Assembly: GCA_038740615.1 (NCBI GenBank)
Contig: JAVYLQ010000008.1
Span: 1 to 20,215 of the forward strand
DNA from: Candidatus Anstonellales archaeon
GTDB taxonomy: Archaea; Micrarchaeota; Micrarchaeia; Anstonellales; J096
DNA: 20,215 nt
Reading direction: 5' to 3'
Shown piece by piece: positions 16,496 to 20,215 of the stretch (position 1 is the stretch's first letter; each line of letters begins with the position of its first letter). The notes under the pieces were generated by a model. It worked only from the letters and a program-made list of their open reading frames with translations, did not search any database and was not told the DNA's origin. A program made the position numbers and the translations under genes.

Positions 16496-19400
16496 ATGGT
16501 GCAGATTAATGCAGTTGCAGTTGAACCTAAGGAGGTATATCTAAGACCAACTGATGAATTTGTAAATGAAAAAGGTGTAAAAGTCTATGATAATGGGAAA
16601 TGGGTAGAGCTAAAAGATAGCAGACAACTCAAACCTGGAGCAAAAATAAGTATAGATGGACACGTATACGTAGTTACAGATCAGAAAACTGATTATACAG
16701 TGAGTATGTATAATAAATATACTCTAGCTGATGGGAGAACGGTTTATGAATTACCTGGTAAGAGATATCTACTTGTATCTGGAAATTCTCAATCTTCAAT
16801 ATCAGAGGCAAGATTCAAGACTCTTATAGAATCCGCTAGAAGTGTGGAAACAATTGTATACGTTAGCAATTCTGTATATCAACACAACAAACAGAAAGAT
16901 AAACCTTCCCAACCATCAGAACAGCAAAAAACAGATCCTAGACAGGAGCAGAGAGCTATTCCACAACCTACCAGCCAGGAACAGAAACCTCAGTCTACTA
17001 GCCAGATGAGCAGACAGGAAACTGCAAGATTCTTACACACAGGAGCATATCTACTGAGTGGTATTGATATTTATGTAAATGATCCTGCTCTATACTCAAG
17101 GACTTTCGGAGAATGGTTAGATGAGGTAGATAAGGCTACTGGTGGTAAGTACTCCAAATCTCTAATGGAGGCTTTAGGTATAGATAGTAAGCAGCTAGAG
17201 GAGCTTAGATCGAAATCTCTAGCAGAAATAATGGCAGCTAGAAGAGATCTGGGAAGTTTATTAACTTCCAAAAGTGTTAAGGAGAGTGATCTTGATACTC
17301 TAAGAGGAAGGTACGGAGATGCTCTATTGTTAGTACTACTGAGAGCTACTACTGGAGATAGGAATCTAACTCTAGATGATGTTAGAGAAGCCATAAGATT
17401 TGTTGGTAGTGATACTTACAGATCTGCTCATAGGGAGATTAGAGATATATCAGCAAGAGCTGCAGATCAGTTAGAACAGAGGAATATACTAGAAAGATAT
17501 TACTTTGTTAAATACGCTTGGCCAGCAATCAAGAGAATGGATGGAATGAGCTATGTGGAGAATAATCTCTATATGGAATTCAGCCTGAACAGTACTAAAG
17601 GGGCTCAGTTCTTAGAGAGAGTGTTAGGTCAGAATTTCTCAAATAACTATCTGAGTTACAGATATGGTTTACCATTCATGATCAGAACAAATTCATCTTT
17701 TGATAATCTGATAGCTATGCTATCAGCAGTTGAGCAGGTAAACCTGGGGATTATGAACAATCCTACCGCTCTGGGTTTAAATAGAATGGAGCAATTTAGA
17801 TATTACACTTCAGAATTGCCTAGAATAGTAGCATCATTATATGCTAACTATGCTGCAGCTCTTGAACCTAGACTCAGATCAGGATTATTAGGTGATTTTG
17901 AAAGCAGATTAAGGCGATATACTTCAGCTACATCTGGAATGAGATTTGATCAGGTTGAGGAAGTTGCAAAGATCATAGAGGATTTTGTTAGAGCTGGAAA
18001 GGATCTAAGAATCCCTTCGGATAATACCTTTGGAGCTCGAGGTAATGTTAGGGCCTCACCAGTCTTAAGAGAACCTCAATTAAATCTGCTAACACAAGGG
18101 TTGATAATGAATATGGGACAGCTAATCTCAAGATACAATCCAAATGCAGGATACTTCTTCTCCCTACCTCAAGAGTGGTTAGATCTCAGAGGTAATCTAT
18201 ATTATGAAGCTACAGAGAGTAGTGCTAGAGGTTCTGGTAGAGTAGAACTCAGAGGAACCAGATCCTATGTAGCAACCAGTATTGATAATGATAGATTGCA
18301 ATTTTTGGCTAGAAATATAGAGATGCTAAGGGAACTAAGAGGAACAGTCTCCCCTACCAGAGTAGAAGTGGAATTAGAGGCTCAATTAGATAGAGAGTTT
18401 AGGGGAGCAAATGTAGGAGTAGTATTTAGGAGAGAGAATGGTAAAATGGAGGGGATTCTATATGCAAAGATAGATGGTAATTGGTATAGAATAGGAAGAG
18501 TGGATAATTCTTGGTTACTTGGTATGGATGTAGTTATCCCAGGATTAGCTAATGCAATTGGAGAGGTGAGAGTTGGTGATAGTGGTAGTGTTGTGGGTAG
18601 TATAGGAATCGCTATGCCACAACTATCAGGATGGGTTGTGAAAACTGAAGAGGATCTGTTGGCTATAGGTGCATATCTGTTGAATGGTAATCAGTTGGCT
18701 GCAGGAACTTTTGCTAATCAGAATGTTACTGCTCCAAATTTAGTATACGCAGGATTCTACAACGGTAATGTATTATTAGGTGGACAATACCTAACCAAAG
18801 ATTACTCTATTAGTGGTATGGGAATTTTAGGTAATGGTCTAGGTATAGAGGTGACTTTCGGAACTAGGACGATTGTATTACAAGGAGGTTATGCTAACTT
18901 CGATGGATTATCTAGTGTTTATGGAGCTGCAAAGGCCATAGTAGGAGATATGAGAGTATTTGCCGCATATATTGCATCTGGGGAGAGAATGTTCATGGGT
19001 GCTGCTGTGGAGAGAGATGGATTTGCTCTACAGGCTTATAGAATGTCCAAGGTTGATCCAAAGATCTTTGGAATGTACAGCAATTTCTTCAGGGATGCCA
19101 GTTCATTCACTGGTGCAATTGCCCTTTGGGGAAGAAACTATGCAGAGCTAATAGTTGCACAGACCCCTGAGGATTTGAGGATTTTACTAGGAGGGGGTTA
19201 TAGTGTAGAAGGAGGTGTGGAGCTTAGTGGTGCGGTGGGTTTTGGGAATGGTGAGAGAATGATTGCAGCCAGAGCCACCCTACCTATAGGAATATGGTTG
19301 GCATCAGCAGGTGTTCTATATCAGAGTAATAAATTACTATTTTCCGCATCAGCTCAAAATCAGCAATGGTTCTTCGGAGCAGCATATAACACATCAACAG

Positions 19401-19693
19401 GAGTATTAGGAGTAAAGGTTAGATACGGGGACTCAGATAGGACTATAGGGGTATACACATCTTTTTCTAATAGGAGTATAGGAATAATTGGTGAATATGG
19501 GTTCTTCCTGAATGAGGCCATATTCTTATCACTGAGTGCTGCATATGCAACTGGAGAATCAGGAGGATGGTATGTTGGTGCTAGAGCAAGCTATAATCAG
19601 GCCAACTCTAATTTAAATGTGGAGATTCAATACGGGGAGCAGGGCGAGAGAAGGAGGATCAGAATAGGGGCAAGTATGGTATATGCATTCTAA
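16496..19693 (+). CDS. Large hypothetical protein with putative C-terminal membrane beta-barrel
   Basis: 1065-aa ORF with GAGGTGA SD upstream; residues ~620-1065 are consecutive Gly/aromatic-rich alternating strands ending in YAF. Confidence 0.85.
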   Translation: MVQINAVAVEPKEVYLRPTDEFVNEKGVKVYDNGKWVELKDSRQLKPGAKISIDGHVYVVTDQKTDYTVSMYNKYTLADGRTVYELPGKRYLLVSGNSQSSISEARFKTLIESARSVETIVYVSNSVYQHNKQKDKPSQPSEQQKTDPRQEQRAIPQPTSQEQKPQSTSQMSRQETARFLHTGAYLLSGIDIYVNDPALYSRTFGEWLDEVDKATGGKYSKSLMEALGIDSKQLEELRSKSLAEIMAARRDLGSLLTSKSVKESDLDTLRGRYGDALLLVLLRATTGDRNLTLDDVREAIRFVGSDTYRSAHREIRDISARAADQLEQRNILERYYFVKYAWPAIKRMDGMSYVENNLYMEFSLNSTKGAQFLERVLGQNFSNNYLSYRYGLPFMIRTNSSFDNLIAMLSAVEQVNLGIMNNPTALGLNRMEQFRYYTSELPRIVASLYANYAAALEPRLRSGLLGDFESRLRRYTSATSGMRFDQVEEVAKIIEDFVRAGKDLRIPSDNTFGARGNVRASPVLREPQLNLLTQGLIMNMGQLISRYNPNAGYFFSLPQEWLDLRGNLYYEATESSARGSGRVELRGTRSYVATSIDNDRLQFLARNIEMLRELRGTVSPTRVEVELEAQLDREFRGANVGVVFRRENGKMEGILYAKIDGNWYRIGRVDNSWLLGMDVVIPGLANAIGEVRVGDSGSVVGSIGIAMPQLSGWVVKTEEDLLAIGAYLLNGNQLAAGTFANQNVTAPNLVYAGFYNGNVLLGGQYLTKDYSISGMGILGNGLGIEVTFGTRTIVLQGGYANFDGLSSVYGAAKAIVGDMRVFAAYIASGERMFMGAAVERDGFALQAYRMSKVDPKIFGMYSNFFRDASSFTGAIALWGRNYAELIVAQTPEDLRILLGGGYSVEGGVELSGAVGFGNGERMIAARATLPIGIWLASAGVLYQSNKLLFSASAQNQQWFFGAAYNTSTGVLGVKVRYGDSDRTIGVYTSFSNRSIGIIGEYGFFLNEAIFLSLSAAYATGESGGWYVGARASYNQANSNLNVEIQYGEQGERRRIRIGASMVYAF

Positions 19694-20215
19694 ACAGGTA
19701 GAACAGCAATTATTTGGGGATCTTCTTAAACTTGATGATGATCTACTGAAACGTATAGAGGAATTTAATAGAGATAGGGAAGATTCTAAAAAGATAAAGG
19801 TGATTGAACGTTCGGGTGTACGCTATGCAGTAATTGATAATAATTTTATAGAATTTTTCAGAGCACAGGACTTAAGAGAGAGATATGAAATCAGAGTTGA
19901 GCAGGAGCAGAATGGTTCTAGAGTATTTGTAGCCGTTCAAAAGAAAGAGAGGAAGATTGGGGCGGGACTAAGTCATGATAGTCAAGGTTTTGGAGCTGAA
20001 TTGAGTGTTCAAACACCTGAGTTGGGTAAGATAGCCGTTAGTGTTGGCTCTTCACAAACATCATTGCATGCAAATGCATTTAGATTAGAGGGATCTCGAT
20101 TAGGAAGTGTGTACCCTAAGATCTCTGCAGTATGTTTGGGAATTCTCTGCTGGAATGATGGTAGATTTGGACTTTCCCTGCCAACATTTAGTGGATTTCT
20201 AGATTTCTTTATAGC
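19683..20215 (+). CDS. Hypothetical protein (partial, >=177 aa, runs off the right edge)
   Basis: Hand-translated from ATG 19683, overlapping the previous gene by 11 nt: MHSKQVEQQLFGDLLKLDDD...KIGAGLSHDSQGFGAELSVQTPELGKIAVSVGS...; no stop before the window end. Confidence 0.8.
   Translation, partial: MHSKQVEQQLFGDLLKLDDDLLKRIEEFNRDREDSKKIKVIERSGVRYAVIDNNFIEFFRAQDLRERYEIRVEQEQNGSRVFVAVQKKERKIGAGLSHDSQGFGAELSVQTPELGKIAVSVGSSQTSLHANAFRLEGSRLGSVYPKISAVCLGILCWNDGRFGLSLPTFSGFLDFFI

Noticed and set aside
2934..19151. Other short ORFs in the track that overlap identified genes (e.g. 2934..3131, 3645..3869, 5484..5678, 6307..6588, 7374..7655, 7803..8060, 11886..12266, 15991..16209, 17071..17394, 18960..19151)
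   Set aside because: They lie antisense or out of frame within better-supported genes and have no recognisable motifs.
13783..20215. Provirus or integrated element at tRNA-iMet
   Set aside because: No integrase, att duplication, packaging ATPase or capsid-like gene is visible, and codon style resembles the core genes. It cannot be fully excluded beyond the window edge.
1..20215. CRISPR array, rRNA, IS elements, tRNA introns
   Set aside because: I saw no regularly spaced repeats, transposase motifs or rRNA-like tracts; intergenic gaps are tiny and both tRNAs are contiguous.

Overview
AT-rich, very gene-dense archaeal DNA with many overlapping start/stop codons. It is probably a DPANN-type genome, and Micrarchaeota-like is my inference from gene content and divergence, not a database result. 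Bases ~1630-13860 are mostly housekeeping genes: dph6, EF-1alpha, S10, ppa, RFC small subunit, rpoE1-spt4, S26e, DUF1805, L44e-S27e-aIF2alpha-nop10, a UbiA/DGGGP synthase, RIO kinase, two GT-B glycosyltransferases, a pilin-like protein, tRNA-Asn and initiator tRNA-Met. This block also holds a CBS protein with a C-terminal HPF-like domain, a candidate ribosome hibernation factor. The most unusual part follows tRNA-iMet: a tightly coupled operon of proteins I do not recognise. It encodes an 860-aa protein with a duplicated novel beta-rich domain, a 1065-aa protein whose last ~445 aa look like a membrane beta-barrel ending in a beta-signal-like ...RIGASMVYAF, and a third partial ORF with similar beta-hairpins. 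None has an obvious signal peptide. Five CDS missing from the ORF track were read by hand: spt4, S27e, nop10 and two edge-truncated ORFs.
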